A stretch of DNA of 64,000 bases from Atractiella rhizophila (lineage: Eukaryota). The stretch is taken from positions 1 to 64,000 of the forward strand of contig MU271333.1 of assembly GCA_021432655.1 (NCBI GenBank), given 5' to 3'. The position numbers were made by a program, and so were the translations under genes. Of this stretch, positions 1 to 12,029 are shown one piece after another. Within the stretch, counting starts at the first letter, position 1. Every line of letters begins with the position of its first letter. The notes below the pieces were generated by a model. The model was not told where the DNA came from and searched no databases. It saw only the letters and a program-made list of their open reading frames with translations.

Positions 1-1278
1 AGTAGGATTGCTGAGGAGGTCAGCAGAGGTTTTAGATGATATGGAGGCGAATGACTTCGTGGACGCTGATGTGAAAGAACGCTTGTGCTCCCTCGCTTCA
101 TTTGCTCGAGGTTCTCGCACGACAGAAGAAATCGAGCCGGAGGAGGTCGAAGACGTCGACTTTTTTATCTTGCGAACTGCCGTCGCTTCCTTGGCATCCG
201 AGAAATCCAAGAAAGAGCTGTCCTTATCGAACTCTTGAGGGGGCCGCGGTAGTTTTCTCGTAGGAGCACTCGTCAGCGTATTAGAGGACTGCACGGAGGT
301 AATCGTGCTGGTAGAAGTTGAGGTGGTCATAGCAGCAGAAGTTGCCAAACCACCAGCACTTGTCGTCGTCGCCTTGAGCTTCCGCTCCCTCTCCTTCTCA
401 ATCAACGCCGCAATCTCAAAGCTCTTCTTGCCATTCTTCGTGCTATCTTTCCGCACCCGCGCAGGCTCGGCCTCAATATCCTCATCGCTATTATCCCATG
501 GCGCAGGTGAAACGATTCGCATCCTTGGACCGAGGAATGACTTTTTCCTGCTCAAAGCCTCCTCATCATCTCTGTCCCGCACCCGTAGAAGCTCTTCGTC
601 TTCCAGAAGCCGCCTATCGAGGTCGCTGAAGTCCTCTTCCGCAGTGCTAGCAGAAGATTTCGGCCGGGAAGGAATGTGAGGAAATTGGGCGGCAGTTGGG
701 GTAGTGGACGAGTTTGTGGAGAAGGTTTGCTGAGAGGGCGTAGGAGAAGAGGGCACGAGAGAATTGGAGGTGGGCGAGGTGTCGTTGGCGAGGGAAAGAG
801 AAAGGAGCACTTCCTGCGACCGTAAAGCTGGAGTTTCCACGCTGAACATAGACCCAACAGTACTATTGGTAGCGACTCTAATCCTCGGTTCTCTCTCCTT
901 CTGTGTCGCTCGTGGAGTCGTGAACCTTCCAAAATCATGGATGGTATCCTCGCTCTCGTGCTCCGTCTCCCCACTTCCCTCATTGGAACCCTCACCTTCG
1001 ACACTATTCGGCCCAATAACCCTGAACTCTGGCCTGTCACTAAAATCACTATCCAAGCTATACCTCTCATTCCCATCAAAAAACACGTCGGTCTCTGAAT
1101 CTGGATCGGTGGAAATGATGCTGCTCTCTCGTCTCGCACTCCTCGTAGATTCCGCCAAAGTGGCTGGAGAAAGAGTGGCTAGATTAGGGGAGGAAATGGG
1201 AGTGTAATTCATGTCTGGAGAGTCGAAAGCGACTGGCTGGTTATTTCGGCGGTTGGAGAGCAAGTTCGAAATGTCCAT
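1..1278 (-). CDS. 5' part of a low-complexity Ser/Thr-rich protein of unknown function (runs off the window start)
   Basis: Minus-strand frame open from ATG at 1278 (MDISNLLSNRRNNQPVAFDSPDM...) to position 1, 426 codons with no stop, so absent from the ORF track. No recognisable domain. Confidence 0.75.
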   Translation of the reverse strand, partial: MDISNLLSNRRNNQPVAFDSPDMNYTPISSPNLATLSPATLAESTRSARRESSIISTDPDSETDVFFDGNERYSLDSDFSDRPEFRVIGPNSVEGEGSNEGSGETEHESEDTIHDFGRFTTPRATQKEREPRIRVATNSTVGSMFSVETPALRSQEVLLSLSLANDTSPTSNSLVPSSPTPSQQTFSTNSSTTPTAAQFPHIPSRPKSSASTAEEDFSDLDRRLLEDEELLRVRDRDDEEALSRKKSFLGPRMRIVSPAPWDNSDEDIEAEPARVRKDSTKNGKKSFEIAALIEKERERKLKATTTSAGGLATSAAMTTSTSTSTITSVQSSNTLTSAPTRKLPRPPQEFDKDSSFLDFSDAKEATAVRKIKKSTSSTSSGSISSVVREPRANEAREHKRSFTSASTKSFASISSKTSADLLSNPT

Positions 1279-1775
1279 CCTCCGTTCCTTCAGCCAGTTA
1301 GAGCAGTAAAGAAGGGAGTCGCCCGTATAAATAAGTTCTATGAATTAGAGCGCCTGCCTGCCTCGTTGAGGCTTCTGCAGGCTTCTACTGGGGAAGTCGG
1401 TGGTCCTCAAGTTCTAAGCGCTAGAAACAGTCCCATGAGCTAATCTTGGCCCACATCGAGCCTTCCCTTTCGGATCGAACTCTAACGATAACAAGCGTTG
1501 GCACGTCACCTGACCATCCTCACTCCGCTGCCCAAGTCCAATATCTCATTTATACATCAATTGAATGGTAGAAAAGGTATAGAATGAACATCTAGAAGAC
1601 TTATAAATGAAAGGAGAAGTCCAAAGTTCAAGTTCGAGCTCGCTAAGCTCTCCTCACTAAACCAGTCCCCCAAAACCTGAAAGAAGAACTGAAAGATCCT
1701 TTAAAACAGTTTTTACGTTACCCACTTCCTGACTTCGTGATAAAAGTCCGTCCTCCTTGAACCACTAATGAAAAA

Positions 1776-4764
1776 TCACTCTCCCCAGTCTAACCATTCT
1801 CCATAATAATTGGGTCGTTCTCCCCTAAGATAAGCCTCAAAAGTGCGCTTCAAGACCGTCGCCCATCCAAGATCCCTTTCGTCATCGGAAACATCGTCGC
1901 GCCAATCGATGATGCTGTCGTCATCGTCCTCCTCTTGGAGCGGCGCAACCACAGGGTCACTGGATGAAACTGAAACGCCTGTTGGTCCAGCTGATTCGGC
2001 ATGTAGGCGACCTGCAGCGGTGAGCGACTTGACTTTGCGTCGTGCCTTTCGCTCGCCAGCGATGAATCGAGGTCCAAGGTCCGGCCATGAACGTCGTGGA
2101 TCAAATGGCTCCCACCTTAAACAATAAAGTCAATCCAACCATCAGAGCAAAGCAATAAAGATGCGCACCAGAAATTGTGGAAGTGGTACGAGAATGCACC
2201 TTTGAAGAACCCTTCCATTCCCGCAACGGCCGGGACAGCGTCCTCTTCGTTCGGAGTATCTAATGTTACGCATTAGCGTTGCACTGCAGTAGATGGAACA
2301 GGGACATGCATACCGAAAAAGTCTTCGAACCTCTTGAAGTAAGGGAATGGCGGTCTGTCTCTTTGATAGTATTCCGTCTAAACACAAGCTCTTAGTTAAC
2401 TCCTTTTTCCGCAGGGACACGTACATTCAACCAAGCCGGATCGAAAAGGGCATCAGGCAGCCGCAACAGGAGTGGTTCGACATAGGCATCCTTCGTATAT
2501 TTGCTAATCGTCATTGGGTGGAAATCGAGACCATTCTGCAACGCAGTTTTGAAGAGGAAGCTACCCATCGCACTGTTCCGATTGAGCTTGAGCACGGCGG
2601 TATTATAACTTTCAAGCCTCGACCACCGGTAAGCAAATTGTCCCTTCCATCCCCACAACTCTTCCCAATCTCTCAACAGGACGGTATCAGCATCGAGGTA
2701 GATGCCTCCGAATCGATAAGTGACCACAAAACGAACCATGTCGGACAAGACGGTAGATAATCGGTCATATCCCTGAGAGGACGTGGAACCAACGCGATGG
2801 AAGAGGTCATCAGCACCAGCTGTGGGCTCAGCGGGTGACGTTGCGGAGCGAGACGTGTTTGTCGACTTCCGTGGAGGGCTCGAGTTGGAGAAGGTGGCGA
2901 TAGCGGGATGAGCTTGATCCCAATCGATCGAGACCGTCTTCAATTCCTCCGCGATCGCGTTGTCCTGAGCAATCGCGTCCTCTCCTTTCATCGCTTCTCC
3001 AAACCTGCCCAACTCTTCACCGCTCAACGCTTCCTCCTCTCCATTCGCACCCACAGCCACAGCTGCGACTGGAGAACTAGTCGGGGAGGACTTTGCCTTC
3101 TTCTTCTCATCCGGGTTAGAATATTTCACTCCTCCACTGTTGAATACTGGCTTGCCCCTCCAATGTTCTTTCAGCTCGGGAATCGCATCGAGTTGTTCAG
3201 TCGTATTCCACAACTTGAACTTGATCACCTCTTTAAACCTCGGATGGAGGAACGGTGCCGACCACGGATTGTCTTGCAGTGTCTCGTACATCTTCTCAAC
3301 ACTCGCTGATGGGAGGAGAGAAGCAGGGCCGGGATTGCACCAGATCCAAAGCTGCGGACGACAGACTTTAGCAAGAAAGTCAGACTTCGCTCTGCTGTTT
3401 TGGTCTTCCTGAGGATCGATGTGGAGACCGAGATTTTGGGTGAAGAGGAAGGAGGAGAGGGCGATATAAGGCTTATCAGTGAAAGGGCCAGTCCAGAAAA
3501 TATGAAAGATCTTCGGGTGATCCGGGTCGCAGGTAGGGTCAGCGGTGGGATGCGATGGATGAGGAGTGAAGGTTTTAGGAGTGACGCCGATAGAGTGGTC
3601 CTGGAGCTTCTTCAACGTATCAGCCTGTCTGCGTCGAATGGTTGACTCGAAATCCGTATCGTTGGCGAGAAGACCAAGCATATCGACCTGCGTCCAATCA
3701 TCGGCTGTGGTCGTCGCCGCAGTGGTAGGCGTCCAGCTTTCCTGCTCCACCTCCGCTGTCGACTTTTCGAAATAAAGATGTCTCCACCTATCCGCCTTCC
3801 CCCTCCTCGCTCTTTTATTCACATCCAACCCCGCTCCCATCCTAAGAATTTCCAAGCAATCCCTAACATACTGATTGGTCGAGAAATCGCAATAATCCAT
3901 AACAATATCCAAGTCTAAAATCGAATTAGGGAATGGCCTAGGAGGATATGCAGGCGCTTGAGACGCATTTTGAGGTGCAAACGTTTTGAGTTGCGGAATA
4001 GGAAGATATTCGCGAGGAAGTCCAACGGGAACAGTGAATTGGGCAGCATCGAAGAGTCCTTGCGCTCGCATAGGTCCGAGCTGGTTGCGGCCGTCCTTTT
4101 GAAATGCGGGTCCTTGAATCTTTCCCTCGTCTATGGGCAAAGCAACGTTCTTGGATAACACCGATCCATCTCTCGGAAGTCCAGGATTACGAAGCGTACT
4201 ATTGATACCAGAGTTGAGAGGGATCCTTCTCCAGCTGGGATAGTGACCTGATGCAATCTCGTGTTCCCAGATCCGCCGAATTTCCTCCTTCGAGATTACC
4301 AATGTTGAGGGGTCTGACAGCAGATGACGACTCTTTCCGAAAAGAACAACCCTAAGGAACGAGAAGGAAAACAGAGTGGCAATAACGAAGAGGACGAGTG
4401 TGGTGAGAAGAGCGAAGATCGTGCGAAGGGGTGAGTAATAAAAAAAAGGGTACGTGTCCGGTGGGCTCGCACCGAAAGTAAGAGGACGTGAGTACTGAGG
4501 ATTGGGAAGTGAGGGAGGGATAAGAGGAATGGATGTCGGATGAAAGAAGTAGAGGACGGGTACCTCAACCCACCTGTGGATGACAGGGACGTATATCGGA
4601 AGTGGCTTGAACCATCGTGAAAGTCGAGAATTTCGAGGGATCGGCAACGGCAAAGGAGAATTTCGTCCGTTGCTGAGTTTTTCCATAACCGCACCGTTCG
4701 AAGAGTTGAGAAGTGAGAATTTTGAGGCGAGGGAAGGCTTTGGGCGAGGGTGAAGAGACGCCAT
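1776..4764 (-). CDS. Glycosyltransferase family 32 (DXD sugar-binding) type II membrane protein, multi-exon
   Basis: ORF 2392..4806 has a TM helix (TIFALLTTLVLFVIATLF), KIFHIFWTG and SDMVRFVVTYRFGGIYLDADT (GT32 DxD). Downstream exons end ...FEAYLRGERPNYYGEWLDWGE-TGA at 1776. Start taken at MASLHPRPK (4764). Confidence 0.85.
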
Positions 4765-5667
4765 TTTATAGACGGTGGGAGAACTGGATAAATCATCAAT
4801 TTCCAAGGATTTATGAGATACGAAGAGGCCATAGGGTTTATGTGGTCATAGTGGGGTCCTGCTAAGCTTTAGGACACTCTGAATGGACAGGCCTACCAGC
4901 ATACCACCCGAATCCCCGTTGCAAGAGGAATACTCACCGATTACCCTTGTTCTGAGGGTCAATAAGATAAGATAAGAAGGCTCAGCAAAGCGTTGCTGGA
5001 GGCTGAATTGGTCGTTTACGACTAGCCGAGTGATGGTGCCTCGAAAATGAAGAACGTAACCTTCTTACGACCGACACCCTGTAAGAAGTCTCAACCCGGC
5101 GGCTCCTAGCTATAAGACAAGTGCCCTGAAGGGCGATTTTAAGGCGGCCAAGTGGATTTGACAGAGAAGTCGTGGAAGTTGGTGAATTATTTCGAGAACT
5201 AAGAAACACGGAGGTCGCTTGATGACCGCTGATGATGATGACAACAAAACGTGACATAGAAAGAAAGAAGGGCAATTTTTACTGACTCCCGTTGAAGGGG
5301 TAAGCCTCTCATCATGTCAAAAAGAAGAAGAGGTTGGAGGACTGTTTTGTGCCTTTTGCATCCTAGTCGAAAAGTTCGCTTGCAGTGCTCAAGTTGTATG
5401 CCAGAGCTCAACTTGAAACATGGAGGCCTGAAGCTTGAAGAGCCATGAGGCAAACCTGTCAAGCAGGTTTGATGTTTGGCCCAACTCCTACTGGTGTTAA
5501 TGCCCTTCTGCTTCAAATGCTGCAGCCTTCTAAAGGTTAACAGGCAAGCTTGATTAGAACTCCAACTTGATGTTGTCCATAATGGTGTCTTCACTATTTT
5601 GCCTGAGTGGATACACAGGTTTAGGTCCTCAAATATTCAAAGTTACCTGCTCCATTTGGGATACTAT

Positions 5668-6680
5668 TGTCAGGCTTGGTTCCATACACTACTGAAATTT
5701 GCCTAGGTCATGTGACCTACTTTCCTACTTCACAGATTGGTGCCCTTACTAATCGCCTGTCAGGGTGGACGTAAAGATGTGTGTGAATGTAACATGTGAG
5801 ATAGCGTAAGGACAATGCTAAGCGGAAATCCTGAGTACCTTCAAGGACAATGCTAAGCAGAAATCCTGAGAGAACAAACTAGGTCTCTCAGGCACATTGT
5901 TCTTGCTTATATACATAAAGGGCTACACAGCTACAAACAATAGCTCTAACTCTATCTAAGATAGGGTACAAAGGTCACTGTCAGACTTGCTCCCACACAT
6001 TACCGAAATGTTGGAGATTAATGATACAATGGAGAGGAGAGAGGGAGATAGATGTGCCAACACCAATCTCAATTGTTTGTTTTGTGTTCCGGATGCTGGC
6101 CAAACATGTGCACTTCACTGCTAGCCCGGGCTCATAAACATGGCTCTTGATTTTGCTTTCTGTTTTCGCTAATCAAATATCTTCACTCACATTTGCTTAT
6201 ACGTAATTGGGGAACATTAGACATTATGAGCTAAGATATGGAGCTACTATTTTCATTTCAAAATGCACCAGTCTAGGTCACGAGGCCTACTTTCCTACTT
6301 CACAGATTCATACTCTTGCCAATCGCCACCTTGCATATGCCTGCACTCTACCCCACTCAGTATATCCCACGCATTTTCACTGGTCTGCACCAGTACCCTT
6401 TTCATCTTGACATTCCTTTTGCTCTGCTTATCATATCTTACTTCCGATTATTTCCTCTCTTGCCTTTCCGATTCAGTTATCCTACATGTTTTATACAACA
6501 TACTTTACAGTTCATGGCACTGCCCCAATACACAAATATAAATTGAGATGTAGTGGTGATGACCCTAGAGTATCTTTCTCCACTACAGGTTAGTCACTTC
6601 ATGTCATGATATTCTCTTGGGTTTATCTCCACTACAGCTACACCATCCATTGGCCACTGTAGTTAGTGTCTGCCATAACA
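5668..6680. mobile_element. Composite degenerate LTR remnant (same LTR family as 7167-14052, opposite orientation) with nested insertions
   Basis: Begins TGTCAGG (5668), ends CCATAACA (6680), flanked by identical ACTAT (5663-5667 and 6681-6685). Segments 5668-5757, 5979-6008 and about 6261-6680 align to the reverse complement of the solo LTR (e.g. GTCATGTGACCTACTTT, CTCCACTACAGGTTAGTC). Confidence 0.7.
5808..5870. repeat. Two 28-bp direct repeats, period 35 bp
   Basis: AAGGACAATGCTAAGC[G/A]GAAATCCTGAG at 5808-5835 and 5843-5870, inside a segment starting TGTCAGGG at 5758 (probably another LTR fragment). Confidence 0.85.
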
Positions 6681-6708
6681 ACTATCCATTTATTCAGAAC
6701 TGATGTCT

Positions 6709-7045
6709 TATTAGGGCTGACAATATGTATGGTCATCGATTGGTAATGTGTCTGTACTGGAAGTGAATCCAAGAGCATAACATAATATGGGAAGACTAAC
6801 CTGTAGTGGAGATGAACTTAAGAGAATACTCTGTAATCACCTCCACTGCTATTCAATCTATATACAAGCGGAATAACACTGCTACATGGTTAGAGAAGAA
6901 TATCGAAACATGTAGAGAATCAAAAGGGAAAGCAACAGTGGAATTATGTGGGGTCGATAAGAGGAGAGAAATTACAATTGCACCAAGTGGTGATAGGAGG
7001 TGCAAACCGGCGAAGGGAGTGCAATTAGGCAAATGAGTGCCGACC
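6709..7045. mobile_element. Truncated, eroded copy of the same LTR (same orientation as the 7167 copy)
   Basis: TATTAGGGCTGACAATATGT...GAAGACTAACCTGTAGTGGAG matches TGTTAGGGCTGACAGTATGT...GAAGACTAACCTGTAGTGGAG starting at 7167. Right boundary approximate. Confidence 0.7.
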
Positions 7046-7981
7046 TACACGGAACACAAACAGGTGAGGGGAGATGCAAAGTGGGGATGGGAGTGCATAC
7101 GGATGAATTGACAACAATTCACATAGAATGTGAATGGGTGATGGGTGATGCAAACAGGTGAACAGGTGTTAGGGCTGACAGTATGTGCGGTCGCCGACGG
7201 GCGATGCGTCTGTAGTGGAGGTAAACCTAAGTGAATAGAATGGCATGAGAAGACTAACCTGTAGTGGAGGTAAACCCAAGAGAATACTCTAAGGTCTCCA
7301 CCACTACATCTCGAAGGCACTGCCATAAACTGTAACATATGTTTCTTGAAACACGTAAGATAACTAGAACAGGAGAGCAATAAAGGGAATACTCGGAAAT
7401 AAGATATACTGAGCGGTACTAGTGAGAAAGTATAATAAGGCAAAAATGGGAACACAGACCGGCGAAATGTGTAAGGTTTACTGAGCGGCGATTCGTGTGA
7501 GAAAGGGGAAGCGGCTGACAGCGCGGGTATGAGCAAAGCGGCGATGGGTGAGCACCTTGTTGTTGTTGTTGTTGTGATCATATTTCAGAGCTTTCAGACT
7601 ATAGTCAACGTAGCTCTACATTTGGGGGAAGTCACATTTGGAGAAATTGAAGTATATAGCCGAAACGAACTGGACGATGATAGTGTGCCGGGAGGAATGA
7701 ATCAGCTAATTGTGTATAAGGTGAAAGTAAAAAGGAGCCCCCTGAATTCCCCTTGAAAAGTAATGTTGTCGATGAGAGTAAGAAGCGGATGGGGGGTTAC
7801 TAAATCGTGATGGCTATGGTGTGAATGGTTGTAGTTTTCGAAATGGGGTGACGATGTAATGGAGTCCTCCTCAAGTATAACCGACTCTAGTGTGCAAGGC
7901 CATTGGTTTTCCTGGTATGGTAGAATCCTGCAGAAGGTGCCTTAGATAGGTAGAGAGTGAGATTAGACATAGCTTGTTTTC

Positions 7982-10900
7982 CTAGTCTTCCCACTCCTCT
8001 CTCTCCTCTTGCTCTTCCCCTCTACTTTCCGCCCTCTTTTTCCTCTCTTCTTTCCTCCTATCCAGCACGCTTTGAGCCCTTTTGATCCATAAGCTGAACT
8101 TTCCGCTCTTCCTGATGAATTCCCACACTGCTTGCGTAGCCTCAGGTTCGCTTAGGAGGTCGCTAAGAGACCTGAATTTGATGTCCTTCTTCCTCAGCCT
8201 GCTCCTAAGTTTCTTCCTTTCGTCCTCATGTTCCTCACATTCGAAAAAAAGGTGGGTGACTGTGTCCCTCATTCCGCAAAAGTTGCATGACGGTTCTTCT
8301 GATGCCCCGATACGGTGGAGGTAATTGTTGATGGAGGTGTGGCATGAGCGTAGCTGGACGAAGATTGACGCTTGGGCGCGTGGCATTTCCTTCAGCATGT
8401 CGAAGGTTTGATCCGGGGAGAGTCGATGGGATAGAGAATGGTGGTGCTTGCCGGATGGCGGGGGAGAGGCCTCTTTGGGAATGAATCGATTTGTTGTGAT
8501 GATTGCTTTGAGTGCGGCTGGGCTTCTCAGGATGACGATGTGGCCTGATTCAGTTTCTGGATCTGTTGCGCTGTCAGCTGCCGCGTCCGCTAGCTTGTTG
8601 CCTTTGATGTTGCTGTGTCCTGGTATCCAGTGGAGGGAGATGGAGCAGGTAGGGTAAAGTCTTCGAAATTTGTCGGCCAACCTGTTGATGTTGAGGACGA
8701 TGCCAACTCCTGGTTTGCACCTTGGTTTCTTCGACAGGTTTTTGATCGCTGCCTGAGAGTCCGTGAAGATGCGGAGGGATGAGACTGTTCCTTTGGAAAT
8801 GTTGAGTGCCATGCCTAGAGCTAGGGCTCGATCTATTCCCATGAGCTCTGCCTCGAAGATGGTGTTGTCGTCCTGGTTGCTGAGCCTATAGCCTGCCTTG
8901 CTTTCCGGATTCGTCATCGCCAGACCGCATGCTACCCCTTCCTCCGTTCTTGAGCCATCCGAGAATATCCAGATGTCCTCTGCCTCCTTTAGCTTCTTGA
9001 AGTCCTGCATGGCCTCTTCCTTCGAGTCTGCAATGTAGGTGTCAAATGGCGGGGAGTGACCTGGATGGGTGGTGTAGGCTGGAATGATTTCGAGATCCTT
9101 GGGAAAATTTAAGTGATCGGAGAGCAGGAGCGAGTCGAGTGGGGATCAATGCTTTTTTGATGGGGGTGAGTTGAGCTTTCCTTTCGTGATCTTGCCTACG
9201 GGGTTGGAATTGGGGAGGGAGAGTAATCTGAGCATTGCTCTTGTAGCAACTTTGTTGAGACGTGCCACTGCCGGAGGTAGATTCGAGTCGTAAGCGAGAG
9301 CAGTTGCTGGGGTGGTACGGAAAGCTCCAAGCATCAGTCTCTGGGCGTAACGTTGGACGATCTCTAAGCACTCTGCACTCTGCTCCTCCGCTCTTTTTCC
9401 CCAAGTGATGCCAGATTATCGTGTTGTTGTCCGTCATAGTGCAGACTGCAGCCTCGAAGAGGGGCCGATAATGAGATAGAGGGATGTCTTTCGTCGTATT
9501 GGAGAGCGTTGCCAGAAGGGAGAGCAACGACTTCGCCTTCTTCTCAATCGCTTTTAGGTGAGAGTTGAACGTCAACCTGGAATCAAGGAGCATTCCGAGG
9601 TACTTCATCTCCAGTGACTGCGATATGGTTGTAGATCCGACACGAATGGTGAGGTGCCCAAATCTGGACTTCATCCTCTTTAGTTTCCAATAGAGGACAA
9701 AGTCTGTCTTGGCTTCCTCAAATATCGCACCGTGTTTCTCACCCCAGGCCATTGCTTTATCAAGCATCACCTCGAGATTCGCAATAGCCCGTTCTGGGTT
9801 AGTCACACGGGCATTCATGTGGACGTCGTCTACGAACCCACATTTGAGAGATTCCCCTTCTGGCACCTGTAATTCAAGGAGATCAGCATTGTAAAATAAG
9901 TATAGAATTGGAGAGAGGGGGGATCCTTGAGCTAGTCCTACTGCTAGGACGAATGGCTTCGAGGTATAGCCGTCAAAGTTGTAGGTAGTCTCTCTATCTT
10001 GGAGCCATGCCTCGATGATCTCGAGCTCGCATTCCGGCACTGCCCTCTTTCTTAAGTTGTCGATGAGGCGTGCATGGACCACGGTTGGGAAAGCGCCTTT
10101 GACGTCCAGCGAGACCGATGCTGTTACTTCTCCCTTCCTCCAGCCCTCTCTTATGAATTCCGTAACTGTCAGTAAAGCGTCATTGGTGGATCTACCCGGC
10201 CTAGCACCGAAGTGATGGGAGGGGAGGGCTCCATTGCTCTCTGCGTGGAAGGTGAGTCTGGCTGAAATGACGCCATCAAAGACCTTCACGACACAGTCTA
10301 GGAGAGCAATAGGCCGGTAGGCTGAAGGAAGGGAATAGTCCGCTCGTTTGGGCTTTCGAAGGATAACCATCGTAAAGCGTTTCCAGGCTGAGGGGTAGTA
10401 CCCTGTTAGGTAGCAGGCAGAGAAGATGTTGTGGAGGTGGTGGCGGATCTCCAACTTGACCTCTTTTATCATCTTGTTGGAAATGCCCGAGAGTCCTGGC
10501 GCTGAGCCTGTTTTAATCCTGTCTATTGCTTCGTCAATCTCCTCAATTTTTAGGGGGCGGGAAGGGGATGGAGGGGGGGGATTGGGGTGTGGAATGTCAG
10601 AGAGATCGCATCTGCGAGCAGAGGGGTTGAAGGAGGAGTGAAGTAGAGAGGCTTTTTCAGCCGGGGAGGATACGGTGTCTTCTGGGCTCTCGGGATCAGT
10701 AAGGGGGGGGATATCGCGACACCGTTCCTCCCTTTTACCATATTTGTGAGCTGTCCATATTGTGTTCTTGTCCAGGTCAGCGAGGAAGCCTTCGAAGTGT
10801 TGAGACTTCGCCTGTCTGATATCGGCGTGGAACTGGTTAGCCGCACTGCGCCAGACTACACGAGCTTCCTCCTTCGACTCCTCGCTGTTCTTCTTTGCCT

Positions 10901-12029
10901 TAAGGAACCGGTTGCGAAGCTTGTTGACCATCTTTCTTTTCTCCGTTAGCGCCTCCGTCCACCATCGCTTCGTTGGCTGATTTTTGGAAACTCTAGGGAT
11001 CAGTTTCATACCATCTACCAATGCTGTGGTGAGGAGCTCAACAGCCTTATCAATGCCTTCGCACGTGGCGAGCTGATCCACGTCCCTTGGGATACCTGCA
11101 AGGAGATCAGATTTTTGGAGGTGTTCCCTTACCAGCTCCCAGTTTGCCTTTTGGAGATTGTAGTGGGGACGTGGATCGTATGCTGGCGGGAGAAGTGAGA
11201 GTTTCATCACTAGCTTGTGGTGATCCGAATTGTGACTGTTTCCCCCTCGGTCAGTGACACAGTATGTGATGAACTCGTCTGCAATTTCGTTGGTAAAAAT
11301 AAGATCAATAGTCGTTTCGTGCCCTAAGGCACTGATGAAAGTTGGGATGCCCCGTTGAGATCGCAGAGTGAGACCCATCTCCTCCATGCTTTCGAGGAGA
11401 TAGTCAGCATTGCCATCATTTCGCGTGTACCCATCTGGGTTCCACTCGCAGTGATGCAAATTAAAGTCTCCTCCTACATATATTAGGTCTTCTTCTTTTA
11501 ATACTCCTCTCTCTCTTGCCTCACAGAGAAGCGATACGATGTCATCAATGGACTGTGTGCCTCCACCCGCATTGTAAATATTCACAATGAAAAGGTTCTC
11601 TCCTCCACGCATTAAGATAATTGCCGCTGAAATGTCTGGGTATTTACTAGGAAACTCGACAAATGAGTCTCCCGAAAAAGTGCTAAGATTTACGAGAATG
11701 ATTGAGCGGGACACTTCGATTCTTGATTCGGAAGTTCTCACCTTCTTTGATGCTATTACTTTATATCCTGGATAGCGTAGCAATGACCCGCTGCCTGGTA
11801 GGACAGTAGGGGGTTCTTGAATGAGAATAATATCTGCCAGACGGTCTTCAGAGTTTAGGAAGGAATGTGAAATTGATCCTCTTTTGTGGTGGTTTTGTTG
11901 AATGATGGTTAGGATCCTTTTATCAGCAGATGAGTTTGGAACTGCTGCAGGAACGTGTGGCAGGGCCAAGCCGCTCTCTGAACTAGTATCGCTGACTGCA
12001 TCAGGCCATTCAAAGGTTTCTTCTATCAT
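7982..12029 (-). pseudogene. LINE ORF2: APE endonuclease, reverse transcriptase, RNase H, C-terminal zinc finger; disrupted
   Basis: APE motifs LIQEP, GDFNLHH, TTIDL, SDH; RT motifs YRPIALL, LDVKGAF, QGSPLSP, FVDD, KYLG; RNase H IFSDGS, EAEL, FTDSQAA, WIPGH, GNKLADAAA; CNFC...H...C. Frameshift from a 7-bp duplication at 9368-9381 and in-frame TGA at 9146-9148. Confidence 0.92.

Noticed and set aside
8..1207. Several plus-strand ORFs and minus ORF 552..1139
   Set aside because: Shadows or off-frame readings of the long minus-strand frame starting at 1278.
6549..7310. Repeated CACTACA/TGTAGTG motifs suggesting CACTA transposon ends or a CRISPR-like array
   Set aside because: They are internal sub-repeats of the LTR copies, in both orientations, irregularly spaced, with no 3-bp TSD or unique-spacer pattern.
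6316..7581. Homologous short ORFs 6316..6546 (+) and 7045..7581 (-) sharing ISYFR.FPLL
   Set aside because: The similarity comes from non-coding LTR homology, and the longer ORF begins in the LINE (ACA)n tail.
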